NCBI RefSeq assembly: GCF_006345805.1
Contig: NW_021833322.1
Location: 1-27,434 of the forward strand
Direction: 5' to 3'
Length of the DNA stretch: 27,434 bases
Source: Octopus sinensis
Taxonomy: Eukaryota
Of the stretch, positions 9,824-21,531 are shown piece by piece. Within the stretch, counting starts at the first letter, position 1; each line of letters begins with the position of its first letter. The position numbers and the translations under genes were made by a program. The notes beneath the pieces are model-generated. The model did no database searches, had not been told where the DNA came from, and was given only the letters and a program-made list of their open reading frames with translations.

Positions 9824-9838
9824 CCTTTGAACGACGGT
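9824..9838 (+). promoter_or_regulatory. Candidate Wnt response element (HMG site plus Helper-like site) in intron 1
   Basis: CCTTTGAAC (9824-9832) matches SCTTTGWWS. CGGT (RCCG on the minus strand) lies at 9835-9838. Motif match only. Confidence 0.3.
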
Positions 9839-9892
9839 TTGCTTGCTCCGGAAGAAATCATATTATTTATCGGTGTGTATTTACCATTTCAG

Positions 9893-9968
9893 GGGAAAAA
9901 CTCCAGTTTACCAGGACAAAGTTACCCTGGAGGCGAGAAGTCTAATACATCAGGGCGCCCAGAAGACG
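9893..9968 (+). CDS. TCF: TCF/LEF coding exon 2
   Basis: Acceptor TTACCATTTCAG| and 76 nt in frame with exon 1, encoding GKNSSLPGQSYPGGEKSNTSGRPED plus 1 nt. The donor ACG|GTATGT is phase 1. The 0/1 phase pattern and short exon 2 match vertebrate TCF7L2 as I recall it. Confidence 0.88.
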
Positions 9969-10712
9969 GTATGTTGTCATATTGATGTCTGTGCGTGTGT
10001 GTTTATATATATATATATATGTATATGTATGTATGTATGCACGCACTTGTATTTATCGTGTTGCAAATCCATTTATTTAATTAAAAAAAAAAAAGAGAGA
10101 GAAATCTAAAACAAAAATACCCTGTAAGCATCGCATTTCATATCGGATGTAGCTTTAATTTTATTTACAAAATTGGAAATAGTATGTTTTGTTATGATTG
10201 GCAGTTTTGGAAGATCTTATATACTATGATGCATACCCTATATGAAATATATATATAATGTGATTCCTCTTTGGCCTACTCCTTCGAGCTGGAATCACTC
10301 GATTATTGTTTAGTGGTCGGCCGCTTTTTAATTTGTCGTGTTTAATCAATGATCGATATGTTGTAACATAACACAAACATACGCACTCACACATTTTATA
10401 CACTTGTAGGATATGCTTATCTTACTATCCATCCTATGGATGAGTTAAGCCGTTCATTTCTAGAGGAATTCGCATAGAAGAACAGAATATTTTTATTTAT
10501 TTTTATATTGTAAGCGTGGCAGCCAGCGATCCCCACTTTTTTTTTTTTTAGTAAAAAATATATATATCTATGTATTAAAACCAGAAAAAAAAAAAGAAAA
10601 GCTGTGGTCACAATATTAAAAAAGAAAATGGTCAAGTGATCTCATATAACCCCTATGTATGTGTGTGTGTAATTATCTTTATATCAATGTGTCTATCTTT
10701 CTATCTCTGCTG

Positions 10713-10738
10713 ACATCAAAGGAATTGTGTCGATTGTT
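10713..10738. promoter_or_regulatory. Candidate TCF site with two SOX-type sites in intron 2
   Basis: ACATCAAAGG (reverse complement CCTTTGATGT, an optimal TCF site) at 10713-10722, ATTGTG at 10724-10729 and ATTGTT at 10733-10738. Motif match only. Confidence 0.35.
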
Positions 10739-11934
10739 TGCATACCGTCACCAGTCTTGACAAAATGACCTGATTTTCACTATTATTATTATTATTACTA
10801 CATAGTTACTAATTTTTCATGTTTTATCTTGGCACATATATATACACATTAACAGATGCACACACGTACACACTAATATGGTAATATATCTATATCTATC
10901 TTTTACTAACTGCCTATCTCTTCGTATTTATATATACATAATACGATGATCTATAATCGTATCTGTATGTACGTGTGTGTGTGTATTTATATATTAGTCG
11001 TATAACAAGCACAACTTGCACTATTGCCCGTTATGCGCCTGTAGTATGAAGTAGGATTGTGTAGAAGTTATTTTGATCGATAACTATTGGCAATTAAATT
11101 TAAGGCGATTGTTCGTTGTAGGTCAGATGAAAGTGAATGTGAGAGATGTAGTAAAAAAACCCAGAAAAATATGTATTTATATATATATATAGCTAGCTAT
11201 ACATATATTTAAATCCCAAATTCATATCTTCGTATCTGTATACAATTTGCGAATATGTAGAGAGATGTATTGCTTTTCGGTGTTAGCTGGTCACAAACTG
11301 GGGGGTCTCGCTTTCATGTTTTTATCTACTTAATTTTCCACAGTTTTTTTTTGTTTTCGCTGATTTAACCGTGACAGATCCTTTATTCATTTATAAGCAG
11401 GTTAGAGATTTTTTATATGCGTGTGGTGTGTGTGTACACACAGGCCCTACTTGACGTTTATAAAGCTTTTGTGTGTGTGTATGTATTTTCTTTCTATATT
11501 TATCTTCGGTTAATGCAATTTTTCTAACCGGGTCTATTAGACCATATGATGTGTGATGTGTTGGTGCTGTGTGTGTGTGTTATGTTTATTACGTGTATAT
11601 GTGTGTGTGTGTGTTTATAGTTGTGCTATGTCCGCATTAAAATTATTCCAATTTATTTATTGATGATCTTTAGTAGAAGGCTTTTAAAAAAATAGAAAGA
11701 AAGAAAGCTACGTTCAGCAGTGTGGAGGCTGGGAATTACTGAAACTCCACAGTGTAGTAGTTTGTTTAAGGTGCGTGCCGTGTGTGTGTGTGTGTGTGAA
11801 TTAAGCAGAATAACACTTGTGTAAAATTTTGTCCTTTTGCTTCAGTGAGATAACATTTCTTTTATGGACATTCTTTAGACACGCACAAACGCACAAATAT
11901 GCGCGTGTGAACTCATACATACAATTAAATGCAT

Positions 11935-11997
<63 letters not shown>

Positions 11998-12451
11998 TAA
12001 TACACACACATACACGCATTCTCTTCTTTAAACACACACACACACACATGTATATATATATATAGGTGTGTATATACACACGCTTATAAATACATCCACG
12101 TTCACACACATGCATCCTTTCTTTTCTGTAAATTAATAAATACACACACACACGTGTGGTGTGTGCGCGTATGTATATGAATGCGTTCGCAGATGTCCAC
12201 GTAAATGAGTGAGAACGTTTGCACATTCATTCATACTTGTGTGTGTTCCTCTCTCTCTCTCTCTCTATCCCCTTCTCAAACACACACACACATTTGTTTG
12301 ACTGCTCTGTGTACACAGACTCTCGAACACACATACACACGTGTATGTGTAATATTTTTTTATGGCTACTAATTCGAATAGACGTGCGCGCGCGTGTGTC
12401 CCCCACTTCAACTCCGTTTGGGGGGGATTTTTTTTAATTTTATTTTCATAT

Positions 12452-12483
<32 letters not shown>

Positions 12484-14248
12484 ATGTCTCGCCTTCGATT
12501 GTAACGCTTGCTGTCCTCCACACAGACTATGATGTCCCCTGTCCTTTGCACACCTCTCCAAACACCAGCATCGAACGAACGAACGAACGAATAGATGGAT
12601 GGGGGAAAAAGGGATTGAGAAAAATAAACATGTAATAAACAAATACACAAAAAAAGAAACCCATCCAACTAAAGCAAGAGTTGTTTGAAAAGAGAGAGAG
12701 AAAGAGATAAACAGAAAAACAGAAAGGGCTTGAACAGAGAAGAGAGACAGAATGAGAGAGAGAGACAGAATGAGAGAGAGAGAAAAACATGAAGGAGTTT
12801 CTTTTACAACATCGACCGTTAACATCCCTGTTTACAGAGTGAGACCTACCTAGAAACGATCAACTGTCCCTCTCTCTCTCTCTCTCATTTCCATCCAGTC
12901 CTGTTCCATCCTTCTCTCTCTCTCTCTCTCTCTCTCAGAGTCGTCTCTTTCCTCCATCTCGTTCTCTCAAATTCTCTCTCTATATATATATATCGTTCTG
13001 TATGCATGTGTGGGCTCTGTTTATCAAGACACGCACTACACACAGCTATTATTATTATTATTATTATTGTTTTTATTTTCACATACGGAGAGGGAAAAAT
13101 ATTGTACATCCATATTTCTACACCTCTTTTAATGAAATTTTGCGAATATTCGTCATTTCTTACTCTCATTTCTTCCCTCATTCATTTGAATTGTTTTTTT
13201 TTTTTGAAAAATGTATTCCATATTTCCTTCCATTTCTCTTTTTCTTTTATTCCTTTTAATCCTCTCTGTTGTCCCCCCCACCCTTATTCCTTACTCCTTT
13301 CTCGTACACTTTCTAATCCTCTCCGCCCCCACTTCTTTCTCATACTCTTTCAATCACTCCCTCCCTCTCTGTCCTCTCTATTGTTACCTTCTCTTTCAAT
13401 TCGTCCGCACTAATACTTCCCCTCTTCTTTCACTTCCATACATTCTTTCCCTCCTCCTCCGCTCGCTCACTCACTCACTCACTCTCCCTCCCTCTCTCTG
13501 TCCTCCCTATCACTCTTTCTAACTCTGTTTTGTCGTTTTGCCCCCCCGGTTTCGCTTCCTTTCTCTCTCTCTCACTCCCTCCTGTTGTGCGTATATGTGT
13601 GAACCCTCCGTTCAACTTGGCATCTCTTTTCCTGTCCATCTTCCATAGAATCTTTATGCCAACAATTCCTCAATTGCGCCGATCAATAATGGTTCACTGC
13701 AGTAAAGCAGAGAGTTGTGGAAAACGTCATTAAAAAAAAAATTCCAGCCTTATTTATTTATTTCTTTATTGGAATCTGTTTTAATTATCTCATGCTTGCA
13801 ATATCACCCCCTTTCCACTCACCCTTTAATTTTTGAAAATAATTTTTTTTTCTTTTATCATTATTGAAATTATTTACTCCGATATCTTTGAAAACATTTT
13901 ATTTTTTCTCGCGCGCTATATATATATATATACATACATACATACACATACACACACCGTAATATTAGGTGGTTAGAAATTTTGATTGTCGGTTATAACT
14001 AATTTTTGCTTCTACGAAATGTAAACAAGTGTGTGTGTATGTATATTACGCACGCGCGTGTATGTGTACATACATACATATATATATAATATATATAGGG
14101 ATTTGGAATCTGGGCAGGTATTTTGTTAGGCAATCTTGTTAGCCCTCTAGACCTGGCTAACCGTATCTAACTAGGGACTAACAATTTACAAAGTACTTCA
14201 CACGATAGGTAAATTCTTGAGTTCGTGTCACTGTATTTCACACCGTGT

Positions 14249-14292
<44 letters not shown>

Positions 14293-14882
14293 CTTTTGGT
14301 CATGGAAGTAAATTACATACAGGTTTTTAATAATATTTCAACTGAATGAATGAATGGTTTGTTGTAAGAAAAGCTTAAAGGAAGCAGTCGTCGAAGCCAA
14401 CCAAAAAGTTACTTAAACAGTGCAAGCTTTTATCTAATTATTGCTAAGTGTTGTTGTGATCAATCACCGACCGACGACTTGTGTGCTAGCTTATGTTCGC
14501 TTGAAAATTGCTTTATAAACAGATTCATTTCTCTGTGTGCGTGTGTATGTATGAGAGACGGATAAAGAGATAGACTGTGTGTGAATGACTGTGGCGCGTC
14601 TATTTCTTTCTCTTCATCTTTACTAAATCACTCTCTCTCTCTCATACACACACAGCGGTTTGGTGATGCAACCAGGAACATAGCTCATAACATGAGTATA
14701 TCCTATATATATATTATTATTATTAATGGTAATAAAGAAATCATTAATAATCGACAGAACTACAGTGTAATGCAAGGGTCGAGAGCTTCGTGCATTGACA
14801 CCAAACTGGTTTAAAATGAAACGGATTATATTATATACCGGTGATAATCTTGATTGCTCCACGCACACACATACCCCCTCCA

Positions 14883-14917
<35 letters not shown>

Positions 14918-15484
14918 GTGTGTGTGTGTGTGTATCCTAGGTTGTCCGATTCCTGCTGCCCGACTGAGCAGAAGCCTTCCCCCCGTATTTGTAATATGTA
15001 TGTTGACTTGTCGGTGTTTCAAAGTGATATGTCGAGTTTTGTTATCAATGGTGATGGCTGTTAGCGATGTTTTTCGATGTTTGTGGTGGTTAATGGTGTT
15101 AGTGGCGGTTGGTGTTGATGCTGGTTGTGGAAGGATGTTAAATAACCAGCTAAGTCTATTAGTGTTGGCGCTGAAGAATATATAGCAAGCAGTAACCATT
15201 ATTATATTGAGCTTGTATTGGTAATCCAGTCAGTGTGAAGATAGCACCGAGTCGCCACAGTCAGTGATAGTGGTGGCGATGGTGGTGGGGGGACTGTGGA
15301 TATATATATGTGTGTGTGTGTTTGAGAGAAATTAGCCTGTAATGTGTTTTTTTGTTTTTGGTGGGAAGATGAAGTTAGTGACTTGAAAAAGAAAAACGAG
15401 TGGGATTTATTGTTTGTTTATTGAGCTTTTAGTCTAAGTTCAATCAACTCTAATCGAGTAAGCGTTGTTCTCTGCCTATGAGCT

Positions 15485-15517
15485 GAGACGTTCCAGTTAT
15501 GACCATCTCGTCTTTTC
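15485..15517 (+). repeat. Family C fragment
   Basis: GAGACGTTCCAGTTATGACCATCTCGTCTTTTC matches the family C 3' end. Confidence 0.5.
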
Positions 15518-15809
15518 AAGGAGTAGAGTAGGACTATGTTATCTAATGACTATCTTTTTTTTTTTTTTTAGACAGCAAATTGTTTTGAGAAATATTGGAC
15601 TGTTGTTTCTAGGAGAGAATGATTATGTAAGAAGCTTTAGCATTGACTCCCTTCTGAAAAGAAGGGACTAAGTATTACTGAGAAAGTTTAGGATACACGC
15701 ATATGTGTGTGTACACACACACACACATATATATGTAGTTCTATTTGTTTATTTGCTGGTTTATTTAGTAGGTGGAATCTCACGCACATACAGATATATG
15801 TTGTTTAAG

Positions 15810-15875
15810 CACCAGCTCATCTCAGGTAGAGCAGATCTATGATCAAAGACGTTACACCCATGACTAACCTATCCT
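15810..15875 (+). repeat. Short dispersed repeat, family C
   Basis: GAGCAGATCTATGATCAAAGACGTT...CCCATGAC; compare 6643-6690 and 6467-6481. Confidence 0.65.
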
Positions 15876-17205
15876 GTTCGGACCTGGTATATTATATATC
15901 TAGGTCTACGTTATTCACTGTACCTCTCTCTTTGTTTTATTTACTTATTTTTTTAGATGGTAGCTTGTAACTCAAGAGATATTTGGCTGTTATTTCTAGC
16001 ATGTTAATCCACTGTATTGAGACTCGTAAAGGAAGCTCGATATATTGAGAGAAGAGAAAGTGTGTGTGTGCGTGTGAGCAGGGAGGGGCAGTTGTCTGTG
16101 ACAGCCAGAAGCCATGAGAGAATCTATAACATGTCTTTCTCTCTGTCATACATATTTTGGTCAGCATTTTTCTTTATTGATTTCAATTCTGTTGTATAAT
16201 GTTGGGTGGTTTGGTTTGACGTGATTCCCTGAAAACTCCCCACACATACATACACACACACACGCAAATTTGTTTTCATTTTCCTTCTACTCATAAAAAT
16301 TTTTAAATAAAAACCCCAAATATTTTGTAACTTAAAATTTTAATATAAATATCCTTTCTGGTCGCTTTCCCACTACTACTACCACCTAGAAGAAGAAAAT
16401 GACTTGTTTCAATTTCCGTCGAGTCAGTTTTTGTTGTGAAGTGTTTGAGGCGCGCGTGTGTGTGTGTGAGGTAGAAAAGAAGGATAAACAATTGGAAAAG
16501 AAAATAACTCGAAAGTTGAACAAAAAAAAAAAATTATAATTTATTTACAATCAATTTTTTTGAGGGGTTGAAAACGACAGAGGATGCATTCCATTCATTC
16601 ATTCATTGGGCCATAATTCTAACAGCTGCATCGCCAGACATGTGATGTTTGGTACACAGAACCACACATACGCACGTTATATATATATATGTATGTATGT
16701 ATATATTGTGTGTGTAATACATACGAAAAGTGTTGAATGTGTTCGCTCGAAACTGTGTAGATGTACGCGTAGACACAAACACACATACACAAGCATTGTA
16801 TGTATATATATATATATGTGCGTGTGTGTGTATCAATGATGTTTTTGTCATTCGTTTAGATGGAGTAGGGAGACTGGCAGTAAGGAACAGTTAAGCTGGT
16901 GTGATAAGCTTTGCTTGGAGGTGACAGACAGCCCCAGACCTGGTTCTATGCCAGGACAAGAGAGGAGGCATTAGTGGTGATGGTGGTGTTGATGATGATG
17001 GCGACAATAGTGGTGGTGGAGGTATGGGAGGGGGGAGCACTACGTGTTAATACCGTCGTATGTGTATGGCTTGGCTGCCTCTTTATAATAAAGGTTTCAA
17101 AAGACACTCTTTTACCATCGTGGTCTGTATATGTCTGTTTGTCTCTGTCGCTTTCTTTTCCAAACTTCATTACTTTAACTTCTCGGCACCCACTTCTCTC
17201 GCCCT

Positions 17206-17238
<33 letters not shown>

Positions 17239-17641
17239 CACCGACACAACTATCACCCGCACGCTGGGCTTATTCCACCCTTCCAAGTGCAGCATCCGTT
17301 TCTTCCTCCTCTTGTGTTCCTACTTTTTTCCTCTACCCCCTACCCCTTTTCTGTCTTGTCGTAGTTCGTTGATTACCGGCAAATACTTGTAAACGTGTGT
17401 GCTGCCAGAATTTAATCACTTCCAATTGTTATTCGAAGGCTATAATTATTTGTATGTGCAAACACACACTCACACATCTGTATGTGTGTTATATGTGCGT
17501 GTGTATGTATGTATATATATATATATATATACACACACACATATACATATACACTTGTAATGTCAAAAGATGCCAGCGAATGTCTTCAAATAGAATATCG
17601 AGCGTCAATTCATTTTGGGGCACTTTGGGGTGATGTGTGTG

Positions 17642-17687
<46 letters not shown>

Positions 17688-18545
17688 GCACGCACATACA
17701 TATAACTATATACACACATATATACTTGCCTATACGAACACGTCTCTCCATTAGAAAGGGAGTTCTGTTTATTCCATTTTCTCCCGTTTCATTTTATTTA
17801 TTTATTTATTTTCTTTCTATCCTTATTATTTCCCACTGTTTATTCTTCTTCACTCGAAAAATTCCATTCTTTCTCCAGTTTATTTTACCTCCTTTCTCTG
17901 ACCCCCCCCCTCCAAAACCCCTTATAATACTCTCTCACTTCACTTTCTCTTCGTTCGCCCTTCGCTGTGTTTTTAGGAAGGCCAAATTGTTTTAGACGTC
18001 TGTTATTTTCAGTTCAACACAAACACACACACACCAACTCATCTTGCCGCCGACGCTCCAGTGTCAAGCAAAAATCTCTATCAGTGCCTTTTGTTTACAC
18101 TGTTGTCATTGAACCTTCCATCTTGCTTCCTCACTCTGATCTCTCTCTCTCTCTCCCCACCTCTGGTTATCTCCTTCTCTGTCACTATTTCCTGTTGTCT
18201 CTATTTCTTTCTTTCTCTCTCTGTCTCTCACTCCCTTTGGTACTTTTATCATATTTCGTTTCGTTTGCTTTTTTTCCCCTTCCTCTATCTCTCTCTCTCT
18301 CCTATATCGTTTTCTTTATTAATAGGATTGTTCTTCTCTCACCGAGCCTTCTTTAATCACTCTCTCTCTCTCTCTTTCTATGTCCGCCTGTCACTTAAGT
18401 TTCTCTCTCCACTGAGCTCAGTGGAACAAACCGCTGGTGGTAATAAGATTCACATTTCCCTCAAAGACAAAAAAAAAAACAAAACAAAAGAAGAAACAAT
18501 ATACACTTTAGATGTAATCCTAGATGCCTTGTGTCTCAAACTATT

Positions 18546-18626
18546 AAAGACGGGATGGTCACGGTTGGCATACTTTTTGATCAAGAATGGATGGGAGTTT
18601 GATCAATACGACCCTAACCTAACAAC
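18546..18626 (-). repeat. Short dispersed repeat, family C (reverse orientation)
   Basis: The reverse complement ends TTGATCAAAAAGTATGCCAACCGTGACCATCCCGTCTTT, matching the ends of the copies at 6650-6695 and 15485-15517. Confidence 0.65.
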
Positions 18627-18696
18627 TTTGCTTTTCTGTATTGTAGTGGCGCTTTAGTGTGTGTATGTATGTATATGTGTTTCTGTGTATATATAT

Positions 18697-18727
<31 letters not shown>

Positions 18728-18817
18728 CACATTTTAATCGGCCTAAGTTACAAAGTGATAGACACTTGCCTATCTTCATCTGAGATAATATTCTGTTTTA
18801 TCTCTCTTCGTCTTTAT

Positions 18818-18858
<41 letters not shown>

Positions 18859-19999
18859 CATATATACATATATATATAGTCACATTTTCACCCTCTCTTT
18901 ACACTTAGTCTATCTTTTTTTTCTTCTTTCATTTTCCCTCTCTTTGAAAGACTCATCTTCCTGTCTGGTTGTTTCCAGTATTAACCGAGGACGGGGATGG
19001 AGATATGTGTGTGTGTGTGTGGACTTTGTCTTCGCGCGCTCGCGTGTTTTGACTGTGACTCCGTTGTTTGTCAATGTGTGTGTGTTCTGTTGTTTTCTCT
19101 TCCTTATATATATCCTCTTGTATTTTCCCCAATTCCCTCTGAAAAAAAAAAAAAAAGAGAAAAGAAGCAAAAACTTAAAAGAAAACCAAAAACAGACAAA
19201 TAATAATAAGGAAACAAATAAAATAAAATAAATAAGAGTAAACGAAATTGTATTGGAAGGGAAAGAGGTTTGTAGCAACTTGAAACTTTGTCAGTTTTTT
19301 TGAAATATTTCTGCAGTCAGCAATTTATATTCTCCCCCCCTCTCTCTTCTCTCTGTCTCACCACAACCACCACCACCATTTTTTTTTAGTTTTGGGAAAA
19401 TGTGTGTGTGTGTGTGTGGGATGTCACAATGTTTACTCTCAGATCTCTCCCCCGCCAGCTTCACGTCTTTCCCCTAAACTCAACACACGCACACACACAC
19501 ACACGGTTCCTCTTTGTTCGGGATTAAAGAATTCTTTGTCTTCCTGGGAACTAAGATGGTAATCACAGAAACCTGTAATAATAATACTGTTACTTAGAAT
19601 AACTTTTGTTGCGTGTTATTGTTGTTGTTGTTGTTGTTACTGCTGTTGTTTGTGTTATTTTCTTTCTTTTTTCTGTCTCTCTATTGCAGTTGATGATGAT
19701 GATGATACTGTGTGTGTGTGTGTTAGACACATTGGTAGACTTTTCTTGTCTTTGTAGTTTTCCTCCGTGTTTACTTAACTAGTTGTTTGGAGTGATGACA
19801 CTACTACTACTACTACTACTACAGAAGTCTACTTAATAATATAATAATAATAATAATAACGTTGTTGAAAAGGCATGAACATCACTACTCATTATAACGA
19901 TTTTTCGGTCTTGTGTGAAATAAAACTATTCTATTTTGTGCTAAGTATAAACATTAGTATTTTGTATGTAATGGTGATGAAATGATGATGAATGATATC

Positions 20000-20148
20000 G
20001 TCACCTTCATATCCCCCAAGAAAAAGGGTTGCTTTCCTTCTGAAAGAGTCATGGAGCGATAGGTAGGTACCAGTAATACAATGAGGTTCGCTTGAATCCA
20101 TCGGGATCTTTCCAATTGCAAGTTCCTGACTTTGTCCCAAAGCCAGAG
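20000..20148 (+). mobile_element. SINE family A, heavily degenerate
   Basis: GATAGGTAGGTACCAGTAATACAATGAGGTTCG resembles GATAAATTAAGTACCAGTTACGCACTGGGGTCG (about 2006-2040). CTGACTTTGTCCCAAA resembles the tail CTGGCCTTGTGCCAAA. Confidence 0.45.
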
Positions 20149-20270
20149 ATCGCTTTACCGCCATTGAAATAAATGCTGGAGGAAACGATATTGTCAGCTA
20201 TACCACCCACTCAGCATCAAACGGGTGGGGATAACCACCTTATTAAAAATACTGCTAATAATAAATGGTG

Positions 20271-20458
20271 TTTCCAAATTTTGGCACAAGGCCAGCAAGT
20301 TCGAGATGACAGTGTGTAACTTGTACTTATTTTATCGACCCATCAAGGTATAAAAGGAAAACTCGACCACGGTGGAATTTGAACTCAGAGCAGAAAGACG
20401 GACGAAATGCCGCTAAGCATTTTGCCTGGCGTGCTAACGATTCTGCCAGCTCGGCGCC
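20271..20458 (-). mobile_element. SINE family A, near full length with internal deletion
   Basis: The minus strand reads GGCGCCGAGCTGGCAGAATCGTTAGCACGCCAGGCAAAATGCTTAGCGGCATTTCGTC...GAGTTCAAATTCC...GTCGATAAAATAAGTAC, with tail CTGGCCTTGTGCCAAAATTTGGAAA. Confidence 0.9.
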
Positions 20459-20572
20459 GTACCAATAATAATTATAATGATAGTGATAATGTTTGAAGCA
20501 TAGTTGGTACAGCGACGCAAATTTAAGGGAGTATTATTATTCGTTTAATTAATTATATATATATATATATAT

Positions 20573-20688
20573 TTAGGAAGGATGAAAGGCGAAGTGATCT
20601 TGACGGCATTTGAACTCACAACATCGATGACCCGGAACGATTACCGAAGGTTTTTTTTTTTTGTCCGATGCTGTAATGAGTTTGCCAC
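20573..20688 (-). mobile_element. SINE family A, degenerate 5' half
   Basis: GGAAGGATGAAAGGCGAAGTGATCTTGACGGCATTTGAACTCA matches the reverse complement of the B-box and central region. Confidence 0.65.
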
Positions 20689-20971
20689 AAGCAGTTTTGA
20701 ACTATATAAGCTTGTGATCTTTCGATTTTGAATTTGTTTGGGGCAAGCATTTTAATATCGTGTGTTGAAACCAACATTTGTCGGGTTTGGGAAAAGCCAA
20801 CAACCACGTTTGACCAGCTCACTCACACACAGACACGTTCTGATGTAAGCAAAAATAAAAATTAAATAAAAGATGTCTTAAGGAAACAAAAGCGTCTTTA
20901 GCTCGCTTACGTACTCCCAATCGAAATTTAACAACAAAAATATCAGTTACATGCTAGAAACTACGGCCTCC

Positions 20972-21112
20972 GTTGGATGAAAGACAAACGTTGAGACATC
21001 GGTGAGATTTGAACGCAAAATGTAAAAAGCGCCGCAAGAAATACCGTAAGGCATTTTAAAAAGCGCCGCAAGAAATACCGTAAGGCATTTTGTTCGACGC
21101 TCCGACGATTCT
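20972..21112 (-). mobile_element. SINE family A, degenerate, with a perfect internal 34-bp tandem duplication
   Basis: GGATGAAAGACAAA...GATTTGAACGCA...GAAATACCGTAAGGCATTTTG...ACGATTCT. The unit TAAAAAGCGCCGCAAGAAATACCGTAAGGCATTT occurs at 21023-21056 and 21057-21090. Confidence 0.7.
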
Positions 21113-21136
21113 TTTATATTAGGCCACAATAATAAT

Positions 21137-21338
21137 TCTTTGAAATGTTGGCACAAGGCCAGTAGCTTTTGACGGGAGTAGGAAGTCGGTTAATATCGAC
21201 CGGGCCCCATTCCTCAAGTAGTACTTACTTTCTCGAACCCCGCGAAAGGGATGAAAAGCAAAGTCGATCTCGGCGGAATTTGAATTAAGAATGTAAAGAG
21301 CCGGAAGAAATGCCGCTAAGCATTTAGTCCGACACGCT
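21137..21338 (-). mobile_element. SINE family A, 5'-truncated
   Basis: TTGGCACAAGGCCAG tail, GTACTTACTTTCTCGAACCCC, GGATGAAAAGCAAAGTCGATCTCGGCGGAATTTGAA and GAAATGCCGCTAAGCATTT. Confidence 0.85.
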
Positions 21339-21384
21339 GCCTGTTTGTTCTTAAGGAGAAGGGAACACAGTTGATGCCAATGAT

Positions 21385-21531
21385 CCAAAGACTGGTATTT
21401 TTTTTATCGGCTTTGGAGGGATGAACGGCAAAGTTAAAACTCGGTACGTTTTGAATTCGGAATAGAAAAATACCGCGCAAAAAATAACTCAAAGCATTTA
21501 TTTGTCCAATACCCCAACGATTCTGCCTGCC
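21385..21531 (-). mobile_element. SINE family A, degenerate
   Basis: ACTGGTATTTTTTTTATCGG, GGATGAACGGCAAAGTT, TTTGAATTC and AACGATTCTGCC occur in family A order. Confidence 0.7.

Noticed and set aside
11708-11760. Small hairpin CAGTGTGGAG...CTCCACAGTG as a possible pre-miRNA
   Set aside because: Only about 10 bp pair around a 17-nt loop, too short for a Drosha/Dicer substrate.
13649-13704. Frame NLYANNSSIAPINNGSLQ*, faintly like the TCF7L2 exon 3 motif YLPNGSL
   Set aside because: It needs a phase-0 entry while exon 2 exits in phase 1, it ends in a stop, and the similarity is only four residues. True exon 3 appears to lie outside the window.
18014-18356. Phase-1-compatible open frame after the acceptor CTGTTATTTTCAG
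   Set aside because: It includes (CA)n and (CT)n repeats, has no TCF-like sequence, and has no convincing donor.
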